A stretch of DNA of 36,602 nt from Paraspadella gotoi (Eukaryota > Animalia > Chaetognatha): the NCBI GenBank assembly GCA_051294375.1, contig CM119270.1:797584-834185 (forward strand). The letters are read 5' to 3'. Below are positions 1-12,600 of this stretch, piece by piece. The first letter of the stretch is position 1; each line of letters starts with the position of its first letter. A program made the translations under genes and the position numbers. The notes under the pieces are model-generated. The model searched no databases. It saw only the letters and a program-made list of their open reading frames with translations, and was not told the DNA's origin.

Positions 1-218
1 TCGTCTCGCTCTCCCTCCGCCTTCTGCGCAAAATCGACTTTTTCTTTTAATTTCTTTTCAAAACCAAAAAAAGGGAAAAAAATTTCATTTTTTCGCGTCT
101 TTTGTTTTCAATTTTTTTTTTTTATTCGGATTCTTTCGCCCTCTGGAGTCGAGAGGCAAAAACAAAAGTTAAAAAAGAGAAAAGGAGAGAAGAGAAAAAA
201 GGAAAAAGAAAGTTTCTT

Positions 219-365
219 GCACATATCCAATATCCACTGGACCTGCAATCCCTCTTACAAGACAATCACAAAGCAGAACCCTGCAACCTTAAAATCAAGA
301 CTCTCTCACAATCTTGTTTAATAATTGCCAGAACACTTGGCTTTTCTCTCAATGACGTCATTTTA
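219..365 (-). pseudogene. Fragment of a dispersed coding family, candidate endogenous bunyavirus-like L polymerase piece
   Basis: 250-358 aligns without gaps (about 80% identity by eye, substitutions only) to the reverse complement of 31664-31772. Minus strand reads TSLREKPSVLAIIKQDCERVLILRLQGSAL*LSCKRD versus TSLIGKPCTLGVNKRDCERVLIESLQGPAMSLSCKSD. Confidence 0.4.
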
Positions 366-633
366 TTTTACTTTTTTGTTAATTCGACCTTTTTTCTCGG
401 TTTCGTTTTGTTTCGTAAAAAAGAAAACAAACGAACAAAGAAAAACGGAAATGATTTGTTTTTGTTTTTTTCCGACTCAATTTCGTTCCAGAAACAAAAA
501 CCCAAACTTTACGAAAAAAAAAAAGATTAAAAAAAAGAAGAAAAGTTTGGAATTTAATTTGGTGAAATTGAAGAAATGATTTAAGAGGCAGCCACATTAA
601 CTCAGCCACCGACTTTATTCCTTCTCCCCCCCC

Positions 634-1050
634 CTCCTAACGCTCTCTCTTTTCTCCCTAACCTCCCTCCCTAACCACTAACCCACCCTATTTTAACCCC
701 CTCTATCCTCCATCCCCTCATTTCCGAGAAATAGCGTCAAATCCAATTCCAACTTTTATTTTGTCCCCGGGTTGATCAAACCTTTTTGGCGCTATTTTCT
801 GAGAGCGTTCTATTTCCGTTTCTTATCCCAAAACTTAATTTTAATATTCAATAATGATTATAATAATATAATAAATTATAATAATACTTATTATATACGA
901 TTATTGCTTGCGATGACTTTGAAAGACGTAATTTTAATATCTTGTATTAATCTTTTTTTCCTATTGCTTAATTAAATGATTAATCCTAATCCTTAATTTC
1001 TAACCCTAATCCCTAATACTATTTCTTAATCCTAAACACTAATCTTATTC
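634..1050. repeat. Degenerate CCCTAA/CCTAA-like tracts flanking an imperfect inverted repeat (MITE-like remnant)
   Basis: cctaac/ccctaa variants at about 634-720 and 970-1050; imperfect inverted repeat agaaatagcgtcaaa (727-741) / tttggcgctattttct (785-800). Confidence 0.35.
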
Positions 1051-1280
1051 TTATTTGTATTATTTATATTATTCTTTATTATTTTTATTCTTGAACATCA
1101 GAAAGTCACTGCGGCGCAACACATCGAACTTACTTGTTTACTTTTTCGATTAACCAAAGTTTTTTTTAATCTTAAATGAAGAGCAAGAAGTCGAAGAGGT
1201 AAGTTCGTCTGAGTTTGCGACGTGAAAAAAAGGTGAGGTGAGAGGAGACATAGATCTCTCACGCTTTTTTTCTTTTTCTC

Positions 1281-1317
<37 letters not shown>

Positions 1318-2639
1318 CTCTGCTCTCCTCTGCTTTCTCCTCTCTTCTCCTCCGTTCTCTCTCTCTCTCGTCTCTCTTTCTCTTCTCATTCTCCATTCTT
1401 TCTGCAAATCTTGTGAATTCTACTTCACATCACATGTGTAGGAAAACCATCTATCTCTAAACAAAAAGATCAATTCACTTTCTGTATTTTAAGATATATA
1501 TCTATAACCGACTCAAGATTTAGGATGACGCTCGAGAATGATGCTTCAACCGGGAGATGTGGAACAGAGAGACGAGAGGAGAGGAGAGAGAGAGGTGAGA
1601 GAGAAGAGAGAGAGAAGAGGAGATGGAAGGAAGAGAGAGGAGAGAGAGAGAAGAGAGACGAGGAAGAAAGAGAGAGATAAACCACAATAGATTTAGTAGG
1701 TTTGGCGTCATCAGTCCATATTACCATCGGGTGATCGTCATCATCGTCGTCGTCGTCGTCGTCGTTCTCATTCCGTCGATCGTGTTCGGTTCGTCGTCTC
1801 GTCGTTCCTCATACGTCGTCGTCTTTTTTGAAAGCAGAACTTTTTATGGCATTTGGGCTTGTCGATTAACAGGCTTCCTCGTTGCTGCTGACCTGCAGCG
1901 ACCTGACGGCGATTCTGGCCATGTGCAGCGGAAACGAGCTTTGACAAAATGAAAGCCCGCCAACTCGTTGATGCATGCTTTTCTAGTTTCTAGATTCTTT
2001 TTCCGCCTCCATAATCTCTAACCCATTCGCTAACTATATCTCTCTTTCTTTTCATATACGTCTCTCTCTTGTCTTCTCTCTCCTCTTCTCCGTCCAGCTG
2101 ATCTCTCTCTCTACACGTCTCTCATCCTTTCCTCTCATCTACCTGCATCTCTCTCTCTCTCATTTACTGTTTATTTAAAAATGCTGTACCTACATATATA
2201 TGTACTCAGCTCCATAACAATTGCATTGTTACTGTCGTTAATTTTTCACTTTTGGGCATAATAAATCAAATCAAAATCAAAATCTTCTCCGTTTTCTATT
2301 CATTATTAAAATTCCCACAAACTCAGTATATTTCTCTTTTCTCTCTCCGATCAATTTCTAATCACCTAACTCTCCTTTCCAGTTTTTCGCTCCCTCGCTA
2401 CTCTCCCGTCGCCTCCACACTCGACACTACACAGTCCTACTTCGCCACTCCATTCCTCTCGCCCTCCGTGTTCTACCCCACGACTATCCTCACGATTCCC
2501 CCTTACCTCTCCCAGCCTTTCCGTGCCCGCATCCTACCGCGCCGCCCCTCCTTTCCCGCGCGCCCGAGTGCGACCGCCCTACCCCTCTCAGGCCGCACCG
2601 CTCCTAATCCGACACACTCCTTTCCTCTCCTGTACTCGT

Positions 2640-3140
2640 CCCCCCTTCATTGCCCGCGCGCCCTTCCTCTCCCCTTCCTCTCCCCCTTCCTCTCCTACCC
2701 CCTCCTCTTCCCCGCTTCCTCTCCCCCTTGACCTTGCATCTTCCCCCCGTTTCCTCTCCCCCCTCCTCTTCTCCTTTCTCTCCCCCCCTCCTCTCCCCCT
2801 TCCTCTTCCCTTCTTCGCCCCCTTCTTTCTCGCCCCTTCCTCTCCCCGACTCATCTCCCGCCTCCTTCTCCCCTTCTCCTCCCCCTAGTCTCACCCCCTT
2901 CTCATTCGCCCCCTCCCCGCCTCGCCTCCCTCTCCACTTCTCTCCCCCTTCTCTCCCCTTCCTGTCCCCTAACTCTTCCCTTTTCCTCTCCCCTTCCCTC
3001 TCCCCTTCACTCTTCCCCCTTCCTCCCCACCTCTCCCCCCCTCCTCTCCCCCAGTGTCCTCTCCCCCTCTCCGCGCTTCCAACCCATACTACTACTCCGA
3101 TCCCCCTTTCTTCCCGCCCACCTCTCCCCCCACCTCTCCC
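2640..3140. repeat. C/T-rich polypyrimidine low-complexity tract
   Basis: About 500 bp of almost exclusively C and T with many C3-C7 runs; source of the spurious Pro/Leu/Ser and Gly/Glu/Arg ORFs. Confidence 0.9.
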
Positions 3141-3444
3141 CCACCCATCTTTGCCCTTTTAACCTCCTCCGCTTCTTCCCTCAGCCTTTTTCGCTCGGCC
3201 ACTAAGATAATCATATTAGGGTCGCCAGCAGACGGCACGGCTCTCTCTCCCCTCTCTCTCCCTCTCGCGTCTCCCTCTCTCTTCTCTCTCTCTCTCTCTC
3301 TCCCTTTGATGCCGCGAACCTGTCCTTTAAGGCGTTATTTCACTATTGTAGAGAGACTGACGTCTCAAGACAGAATGTTTGTTGTTGTTGTTGGCTTTCT
3401 TTCTGTTGTTCTTGTTCTTTTCTCCCCTCTCTCTCCTTTTTTGA

Positions 3445-3740
3445 GTTTCATCAAATGGCGCCACAATTTCAGCTGTTCAGAACTCAGCCTTGAATCCTTT
3501 CAATCAAATTATTATCGACTATAGACCCAAAGATACATGACAATTATGACTATCTTTATCTCTTGGACCAGTCCTAAGCTTAAATCTAAATGCTATTGAA
3601 TATATAATTCGACCTATGTTATTTAAAACACAATATTATTTTCTAAAACTTTAGATGAATACCCATTTCTGATAAAATTAAATCTTTACCATAATGAGGC
3701 CTGCCTGCCTCTCTACTTCCGTTAGGTTCAAGTTGTCCGC
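3445..3740 (-). pseudogene. Degenerate coding fragment, candidate L-polymerase-like EVE piece (alternative: LINE ORF2 C-terminus)
   Basis: One minus frame with several stops: NLTEVERQAGLIMVKI*FYQKWVFI*SFRK*YCVLNNIGRIIYSIAFRFKLRTGPRDKDSHNCHVSLGL*...IVAPF. High-complexity island between simple repeats. Confidence 0.3.
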
Positions 3741-6299
3741 TTCTCTCCTGTACCCCTCTCTCTTTCCTGTTCTCCTCCTCTCTTCTCTCTCTCTAACTCT
3801 CCTCTCATCCTCTACTCTCTCTCTCTCGCTGCCTCTCGTCTCTCTTCTGGTCCTCTCTCCTCTCTCTTTCATATCAATTCCAGATTTCGATCTTTTTTCT
3901 TCTCTTTAAAAATCCGCGGCGCCATGCATCTATTCTCCATTGTCCAAACGACGCGACCCTTGAATCAATCATATGCAACACTACATCACTCCGCTCAGCC
4001 TCTACGGGCGGCCCGGGCACACCCGTCTGCCTCGACTGTGGACAGGAGAGAGAGACGACGACTGACAGACCTCGAAGCAGAGCCAGAGGAGGAGAGAACG
4101 AGAGAGAGAGTAGAGTACCGAACCGATAGAAGCTCTCTGACGCACAAGTCCTATTTTCCTATCTGAGAGAGTGAGAGAACGCAATTATGGGCTCGCTTAT
4201 GCGTCCAGTGAGTGATTGCTCGCGCGTTCGTCCGGTGCAGCACAGGGCCTAAGGAGACTCTCTGAATGGTGTTCTGATCAGCCTGGACGCTCGGTCGATA
4301 GAATAGATATGAGTGTGAAGTACTCACAAAGCGCGACTACATCGATAGGCTGAATCACAGCACTCCGGAAGCTAGCATCGATCATAAGCGCCGAACCTAC
4401 TAACACCCGCCATCTACAATCGACCCGCCCGACACATTACTAACACGACCTGGACATCGCTAACAGCTGATGGAGTGCGCTTGGTAACTGCCATCCACGT
4501 GCGTTGCTCACACTGTGCTCGTGCTTCGTGTGCTCGACCAACGAGCCGATATCCTAGTATATTCCATAGCTCTAATGTAGCACCGACTGCACTAGACCAT
4601 TGAAACTACGACTGACCGCCCGATACTTTCATCCCGGAGTATAATTTCGACCGCACAAGGTTGCAATCAAGGAGGCAATGGAAGTGAAAGTGAATTGGAG
4701 TGAGAAGTGATGAGAAGTGAAGTGACTCTGACCGTAGAATTGATCGAAGGTGAAACGTGATGGTACTACACGACTGATGGGTTGATGGAGCGACAGGGAT
4801 GATCGGACTGATCGGCGCCATCTGCTGCCGGTGTTCATGGCTCTGCAGGGATCTTGATTTCAGCATCATGAAGTTGATGGAGAGTAGAAGTGTAGAGGGA
4901 GTTGAGCGAAGTGATGAGTGAGAACGCTGATGGGAGTGAAGTGATTGAATGACGAATGATTGCGAGATTCAGTTTCTTGGATCTGCGAATGAAATTTTTT
5001 CCGAACTTATTTTGAGAGAACGAGACGACGAACGAGAGAGAGCACGAGAGAGAGGAAGACGACGAGACGAGAGGAGGAGAACGATCGACGAGAGAGAGAG
5101 AGAGAAGGAGAGAGAAGAGAGAGGTACTTTAGCTATCCTTTAATCCAATACTTTACTCCATTTAGCATCTTTTAATTATATTAGTGTTTTGAATTTAATT
5201 AACAAATGCCCCATTCACGATCGCCGTGACAAAAGAAATAGCAGAGAGCCATGAAGCAGCGAGGAGAAGCAAGACGAGAGCGCGAGAACGAGGAGAGAGA
5301 GAGAGAGAGACGAGAGATGACGAGAGAGAGAGAGAGAGAGAGCAAATGTTTGCATTTATTTTCTCCTCTTTCTCCTAAAACTCTAAAAACCTAAACCCAA
5401 ACCTAGGCCTAGCTATACCTAATTTTTAAACATACAAACGATTATTTATGAATTTAAACATGACATTGAGCGGCTTTTGGAAAACATGGACCACAATTTT
5501 TTTTTTTTTGGTAATTTAAGGAACATAACTAACTATAAAACATGAAAGTTCAAATCGACTAAATAAAATATATCTTCCTCTTCGCTAAATTCGAACTAAT
5601 CTCACCTTGAAAAAAAAGACAGAAATTAATATTGATTTAAATTCTTGGCACCAAATAATGTTAATCCGATTACTTTTTTTTTCAGATAAAAAAAAATGAG
5701 ATCTTCTAAAAACAATCCCCGTTCTCCTCTCTTGTTTTAGCAACATGGAGACAAGAATCTTAAGAGGTGGAGAAGCGAGGACTGTAGGGACGGACGCGTC
5801 ACGACGGCCAAATGGACGGACGGACGCAGGGAGGCACGAACGGACAGACTGCACGGACTGACGTCTGACGACGACGGAGGCACGGGACGGACGGACGGCA
5901 ACGGCACGGGATTCGCGAACGGCACGGACGGAAAACGAAAAGGCGGTCGGACAGATGAAATCATTACCGTCGTTTTTTTATGAAGTTTCGTCGATCGTCG
6001 TCGTCGTCGTCGTCGTTCGTACGTCTCGTCGTCGTCGTCGTCGTACTCCGTCCTCACCCGGTTAATGGAACGTGCGTTTCATCAGCAGGCGATAACCGAG
6101 CCACCTGCCCCCTTCCCACGCATGCCATCCTTCCTGATTCCACCTTCTCCATTCACCACCATCCCTGACTGTCTTCTGCCACCTCCACCTTCCCCGATGC
6201 CACTTAATCCTTCCCCCACCCTTCCACCCACCATCCTCCACCACCCATAAAACCACAATCTTCTTCTCCTCATTCCCTCTTTCGCCATCAATGCTTTTT

Positions 6300-6860
6300 T
6301 GGTCGTCCGATCCGTCGGTCGTCGGCGTCGTCGGTCGGTCGGTCGGTCGGTCGGTCCCGGTCGCGTTCGGTCGGTATCGGCCCTCGGCTCGGTCCGTCGG
6401 TCCGTCGGTCGGTCCGTCGGGGGGATCGGTCGGTCGGGTCGGTCGGTCGGTCGGTCGGTCGGTCGGGTCTGGTCCGTGGCCCGCGGTGGTCGCGTCGGTC
6501 GTCGGTCCGCTCGGTCGGTCGGTCCGATAGTCGGTCGGTCGGTCGGCTCGGTCGTCGGTCGCCGCTCGCTCGTCCAGGTCGGACTCGGTCCATCGGTCAG
6601 GTCGGCGTCCGTCGGTCGGTCGGTCGGATCGGTCCAGTCGGTCCGTCCGGTCGGTCGGTCGGTCGGTCCGGACAGGTCGGTTCGGTCGGGTCCGTCGGTC
6701 CGTCGGCGTCCGTCGTCCGTCGGTCGGTCCGCTCGGTGATCTGGTCGGGTCGGTCGGATCGGTCAGGTCCGTCGGTTCGGCGGTCGGTCTGTCGGTCCGT
6801 CGGTCGGTCGTTCGCGTCGGCTCGGCTTCGGTCGGTCGGTCGGGTCGGTCGCTCGGTCGT
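6300..6860. repeat. (GTCG)n/(GGTC)n tetranucleotide microsatellite, degenerate
   Basis: About 560 bp of ggtc/gtcg iterations. Confidence 0.95.
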
Positions 6861-7016
6861 CTATTCTACTTTTTGTTAAAAAAAGCTCTGAACTTTGTTA
6901 ATTTAGTTCAACTTTGGTAGATAGGTTTAGGTATTATGACACAATGGTGCAAACCGATATAAAAATTATCCATTAATTTATTAAATAAGCTATCTTGTGG
7001 CCTTGACTTTGGTGGA
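6861..7016 (-). pseudogene. Duplicate copy of the NKLMDNFYIG L-like fragment
   Basis: ORF track 6908..7096 (-) contains QDSLFNKLMDNFYIG; duplicate of 12601-12749. Confidence 0.4.
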
Positions 7017-8674
7017 TTTAACGCTCTCTCTCTCTCCTCTTCAACCGGCCATTTTTGTATCCATACTCCTATGTGTAATAGTGTTAATATTGTCAATACT
7101 GGGCCGAGTCACGCGACCACCTACTATTCATAAGCCTAAAATTCAATAACTGACGTATTTTACAATTAACTCTCTGGCAGACTGCATATAAGGTATCATA
7201 ACGGAGGCCAAAACATATTCAGTTTAATTTAAAGGTAAACCTTCATTGTCTAAAAAAATCATCATTTTGTTTTCTAATTGTTGTAGTCTGAAAACTTTGT
7301 GCATGAGTCATCAACCATCGAACGTTTGTCTATACATATACATATTTTTTATAGTCATGTCCTTAACGCATACTCAGAATTACTAATGAAAAGAACAGTT
7401 CACTGAGCTGCAACAACATTTAAAAAGGGACCGATTCTTGTATTTTTTCCTTCCCCCCGACGCTCGACAAACAATTTTTGGTTCTTCTTCTTCCCAAAAT
7501 GGCGTTCTACGTTTTCACCTGTCGTCGTCCGTCGTTCGTCTCGTCGTCGTCGTCGTCCGTCGTCGTCAATTCACTTCCGCCTCGCGTCATTGCATAACAT
7601 CTTCGCTTCTCTGCTTTCTTTCTTTTCTTTTCTTTTCTTTTCCTTTTCTTTTCTTTTCGTCTCTTTCTTCTTTCTTTCTTTCTTTTCTTTCTTTTTCTTA
7701 TTCTTTTCTTTTCTTCTTCTTTTCTTTTCTTTTCTTTTCTTCTCTTTCGTTCCTTTTCTCTTCTATATCTTTTTGTATTCTTTTACTTCTCTTACCTTAG
7801 ATTAATTCTTAATAAAAATTGTTCTTTTTCTTTATAATTTATTATTTATTTATATAATTTTATTATTTATTTTATATTCTTTCTCTTCACTTTACCCATC
7901 AAATCATCCGTCTTCCTTATCTCCTCCTAGTGGGAATCGGACAACAAGGGGAGAAATGTTCTCTCTCTCTCTCTCTTCTCTCTACTCTGCTCTCTCTCTC
8001 TCTCTACACTCTCTCTTCTCTTCTCTCTCTCTCGCTATCCGATCAGCCGACTAAACTTCGTCCTCCCTTTTTTGCGTCCACCCCATAATCCACTCATCAT
8101 CATCGTCGTCCGACTCTTCACCTTGAACGCTCCGTCGCGTCACAGTCAGTTCGTCGTCGTCGCCGTCGTACGTCCACTCACCATCGCACGTTACACCGAC
8201 AACGACCTCTCCGCGAACCCGCCCCAAACGTGTGACAAGCATTCGTCCGTCACGTCGCTTCAATATCTCTCTTTACTTCACCTCCCTGTCTCTCCTTTCT
8301 CTCATTTCACTACTCCCTCAGAACTTTCTTCATCCTCTCATTCTCAATCTCTCTCCCTCCTACTCTTTTCTTTTTTCCTCACTCCCTCCTATCAACATCC
8401 CCCCTCTCTTTCTCTTTTTCCACTACTCCCTCTCCTCTTTCTCTCTCTCTTATCCTCACCTTCCCTCCTTCACTCCCTCTCTCTCTTTCTCTTTCGACCT
8501 ACTCCACTTTCCTCTTCTCTCACTCTCCTCCTCATCCTCTCTCTTCTCTCTCTTCTTTCCTTTCTCCCTCACTGTCCCTCTCTCTCTTTTTGTTTTCTTT
8601 ACTCCTCTTTCTCTCTCTCTCTTTTCCTTCTCTCCCTCCGTTCACTCACTCTCTCTCTTTCTCTTTTTCCCTAT

Positions 8675-8727
<53 letters not shown>

Positions 8728-10177
8728 CTCTTCTCTCTTTCCTCTCTCCTCCCTTACTCCCCTAGTTCTCTCTTTCTCTTTTTCCCTACTCCCTCTCTTC
8801 CAGAAAATCGCGCAAAAAAATTTTTGAAGCTGAATCTCTCTCTCTCTCTCTCCCGCTATCTTCGGTTGCTGTTGACGTTTCCTAGGAGGTTGGCTTTTTT
8901 TCGTCGTGGCGTCGGTCGTCGTCGTTAGTCTGTATCTTCATCTCAAAATCATCAGAAACTAAATCTCAATCATCAGAATCTAAATCTTCCAATGCATCAG
9001 AATCTAGAATCTAAAATGTCAAGAACATCTAAATCTATACATTAAAAACTAAATATCTAAATCCTAAATCTTGTATCGAATAACAAATACATAAAAGATG
9101 TAGCAAATATAATTTAAATCTATATACAGTAGATTCTCTATATAACAAATTATTTTGTCAAAATTCTAAATCTAAAATATTAAATAAATCTAAATGAAAA
9201 TCATAAAATTACCGAGATCTTAAATCTAAAATATTAAAATTGCAAATCTAAATCAAAATTATCAACATCTAACATCCTTAATTTGACTCCTCAGAACATT
9301 CATCCGAATCTTCAGAATCACACAGTATCAGAACGTGTCAACTAAATACAATAGTGCTCGACTGCGCGAGTGGCAGCCTCTATGTTCACTACATCACTGT
9401 GCTATACGCTCTCACTCGTCACTCTCTCTCTCTCTCACTCACACAGTCCACCATATTCTCTACTCTAGTCCCTGCTCCTCTCTTCCTTCAGTCTCCTCCT
9501 TCTCCCCCTCCTCCCTGCTCCTCTCCTCCTGCCCCCCTATCTCCTTCTTCCCCCTCCTCTCTTCCTCCCCCTTCTCTTCTTCCTCCTCCCCTCTTCTTCC
9601 TCCCTCTCCTCTCTCCCACCTCTCTCTATCTGTTCAGTGGAATTCCCTCAGAACCCATTATTTTTGAAATTGAAGATCCTAAAATTTTTCAAAAAGTGCC
9701 CGTTTTCTCTCCTTTTTTTTATGAATTCGAATCAACCAAAAAAATTTATACGAAGAAGAATCGCCTATAACGTCGTCCTTGATCGTCCGTTTGGCGTACG
9801 CATCATACATCCTCAACATCATCTTCGTATGTCGTTCTCGTCCGTCGTCGCTAGTCATGAGTCGTCGTTGTCGTCATCTTGGTGGTCGTCGTCGTAGTAC
9901 TCCTTAGCTTCATAATTAAACATGAAATTCTCTCTCTTTCTTTTCAATCCAATATCAATTTTCTTTTCTCGCGACACCTATATTTTGGAATCTCTCTTTC
10001 TCTCCCTCTCTCTCTCTCTGCTCTCTCCTTCTTCTCCTCTCTCCTCTCCCCTCATTCCTTTTTTTCTCTCTCCTCTCCCTGTTGTTATATTCCCTCTTCC
10101 CTCTCCCTCCTCCCTCTCCCTATCCCTGTCCTCGTCCCCTACAGCTCCTCTCTACTCTCTCTCACCACTTAGTGTTT

Positions 10178-10544
10178 AATAGATAGAACATAATAGATAG
10201 AAATTAATAAATACAAATCAATAGATAGCAAAATTATTAGTATAGAAAGTGAAATAGATAGAAATTAATAGATAAAAAATAATAGATAAAAAGTAATAAG
10301 ATAGGAAATAATAGAAGAAATTATTAGATAGAAACTTAATAGATAGGAAATTATTAGATAGAAATTAATAGATTAAAAATTATTTGTATAAGAAAGTTAA
10401 TAGATGAGAAATTTAATAGATAGAACGATTAATAGATAGAAATTATTACGATAGAAATTAATAAATAGAAATTATTAGATAGAAATAAATAGATAGAAAT
10501 TAAAGATTAGAAAATTATTAGATAGAAATTAATAGATAGAAAGT
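10178..10544. repeat. AT-rich 14-15 bp satellite (AATAGATAGAAATT), noisy copy
   Basis: Degenerate tandem array, duplicate of 15751-16114. Confidence 0.9.
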
Positions 10545-11538
10545 TACACCACTCGCCTACGCTCCAGGGTAGATTCCACTGCACGAGATCTGATATAACT
10601 GATGCATCTAATACGTCCACTACACGCATACCAAAACATACTCCAGATATCTAATCATTGGCTGTCAAATCTTAAACGGCACTGATCGCTCTCATTGTTT
10701 ATTTACAATATTTTAAATCTATGTACAAGTATAATTTTCTCTACTATAATTTTATTTTTTGAAAAATTATTAGCAATTAAGTTGCAGTTAAAAAGTTAGT
10801 TATTTTCGTAACAACCTGCATAAAAATTTGCCCAAAAAAACGGCCCTATTTCTCCTAAACGACCTATTTTGGTACAGAAATAAGTTTAAATTAGGTTCAA
10901 GAATAAAAAATCTAGGTTAGGCGTTTAAGGTTAAAATATTAGGTTTGATGGGATTAAAGGTTAAGGATTTAGTTAAGATTTCATATTAGCATTTTAACAA
11001 AAAAGTAATTAGGCGTTTAACAATTTTAGAGGTTAAAATCAACTTCTCCGAAAATTAAAAACGAATTGGCGGCCACTTGTTAGATAAAGTACCACTAAAT
11101 CTTTAACCAAATTGCCAATCGCTTATTCCCCTTAATCCATTTTAATAATAAAAACCAACTAAGTTGCGTCGTCGTTTTTTCAGTTTTGGCAATTAAATTG
11201 AGGGCTAGCATTGGAATTGACTGACGGCAGAGGCAAGAGGAACGACACGACAGATGACGACGATGAAAGACGACGACGACGATGACGACGTCATGCAGAC
11301 GACGACGACGACGTCGACGCACAAAAACAATGTGAAGTATTAACATTCCATATTCGCCTTGATCCGATTCGATTTTGGTGCTTGATACTCTGCGAATGAT
11401 AAAGCAACTCGAATCGTCACCAAAAGACAGATCTGCGCGAGGAATTCCCAAAAAGAAAAAAAAATGAATAGAGATAAATAAAATCTATTAAAAAATTCAA
11501 AGATTTCAATTTTAAAAAAATTAATTTTGAATTAAAAA

Positions 11539-12482
11539 ATGTCTTCACTCCATTCAAAATCGCCGCCCAAATTGCCCGGTCCAAATCTTGGTCCAAATCC
11601 CGGCCAAATACTCTCCAAATTTCGGTGGGACTGCAAATCCCCGGTCCAAATCTTGGTCAAATCTCCGGCCTAAATTTCGGCGTGCTCTCCCGGGCCGTAT
11701 CGGCCCTTCCCGTTCCATCCGGCTTTCGTCCAATATCGTTTTCCCCAACACTTTCCGGCAACTCCGCTCTATCTTCTCGGCCAATCTCCGGCGCTGCAAA
11801 AACCCACAGTCTTCCTTCAGGCGCCTTCCCCCGTCCCGCACCGCATTCAGGTCCCTCGGCGCGCGACTCCATTTTCGGCACCGGATAATCTTTGGAACGC
11901 CGCCGGACGCTTTCCGCCTTTTCAAGCTCAGCATTAAACTCCGGAAACCAACGATCCTCGCGCAATTTTCCTCAGGGTTGGGTTCGTTTTGAAAAAAGTC
12001 ATTCATTAATCGGACTAGAGAAAGTTTTATAATTTGATTATCCATACTTTGCAATATCAATAGCTAAATATTGTTAGCTTTTATTTGTTTTTTTTTTATT
12101 TAGTAAAAATTATATTTTTATTGCTGGATAAGAAGTGCTCTTGGTGATTAATATCGCGAGAACAAAGATTATAATAAACGAAAACCAATCTCTCTAATTA
12201 GTGTGTATGTACTTTATCGAATTTTTATAACAATTCTTGCGCTTGTTTTTTTTAAAAGTCATCCAAAATTTGGAAGCCTTCTCAAAATTGCGGTCTTTTA
12301 ATTTTAACACAGCAAATCCCCGATTTTCCCAGCACCCGGCCGCTTCGGCACCGCACACCCAGCCACCGCATGTCCTCCCCGGCCCCGTCTTCCTCCCGCT
12401 CGGCGCCGTCTCAGTCTCCGCTGCGCCATCTGCGATCGCCCTCTGCTGCTGTCCAGCGTTGCGCCAGCCGCCATCGTCCACG
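11539..12482 (+). pseudogene. Frameshifted, gap-truncated copy of the CD225/dispanin gene (likely read-error duplicate)
   Basis: Collinear with 16914-17791, with many indels; ALCCCPA is visible in ORF 12237..12644; stops at the N-gap. Confidence 0.75.
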
Positions 12483-12582
12483 NNNNNNNNNNNNNNNNNN
12501 NNNNNNNNNNNNNNNNNNNNNNNNNNNNNNNNNNNNNNNNNNNNNNNNNNNNNNNNNNNNNNNNNNNNNNNNNNNNNNNNNN
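12483..12582. other. Assembly gap (100 N); other gaps at 18078-18087, 20089-20113, 20188-20197, 22602-22626, 23879-23895, 29446-29470, 33462-33486
   Basis: Runs of N counted directly; four are exactly 25 N and lie between near-duplicate blocks. Confidence 1.
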
Positions 12583-12600
12583 GTCGGTCGGTCGGTCGGT

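Larger units (their letters stand above)
6861..12482 (+). repeat. Noisy tandem duplicate of 12601-17791 (probable assembly artefact)
   Basis: Collinear from ctattctact (6861 vs 12601) to ccatcgtccacg (12482 vs 17791). Differences are mostly 1-2 bp insertions; the copy ends at a 100-N gap. Confidence 0.9.

Noticed and set aside
1690-1730. SRFGVISPYYH as a TMX1-like thioredoxin exon (and EIDGFPT at about 1440, minus)
   Set aside because: Too short, needs several indels, and no CxxC exon was found.
1176-1952. Small gene: MKSKKSK|GTAAGT exon joined to 1838-1952
   Set aside because: The donor site is strong, but the product is short and unrecognisable, so it cannot be supported from sequence alone.
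11539-12482. Second, tandem CD225 paralog
   Set aside because: Differences are indel-dominated and the copy abuts a gap, so it is better explained as an uncorrected read duplicate.
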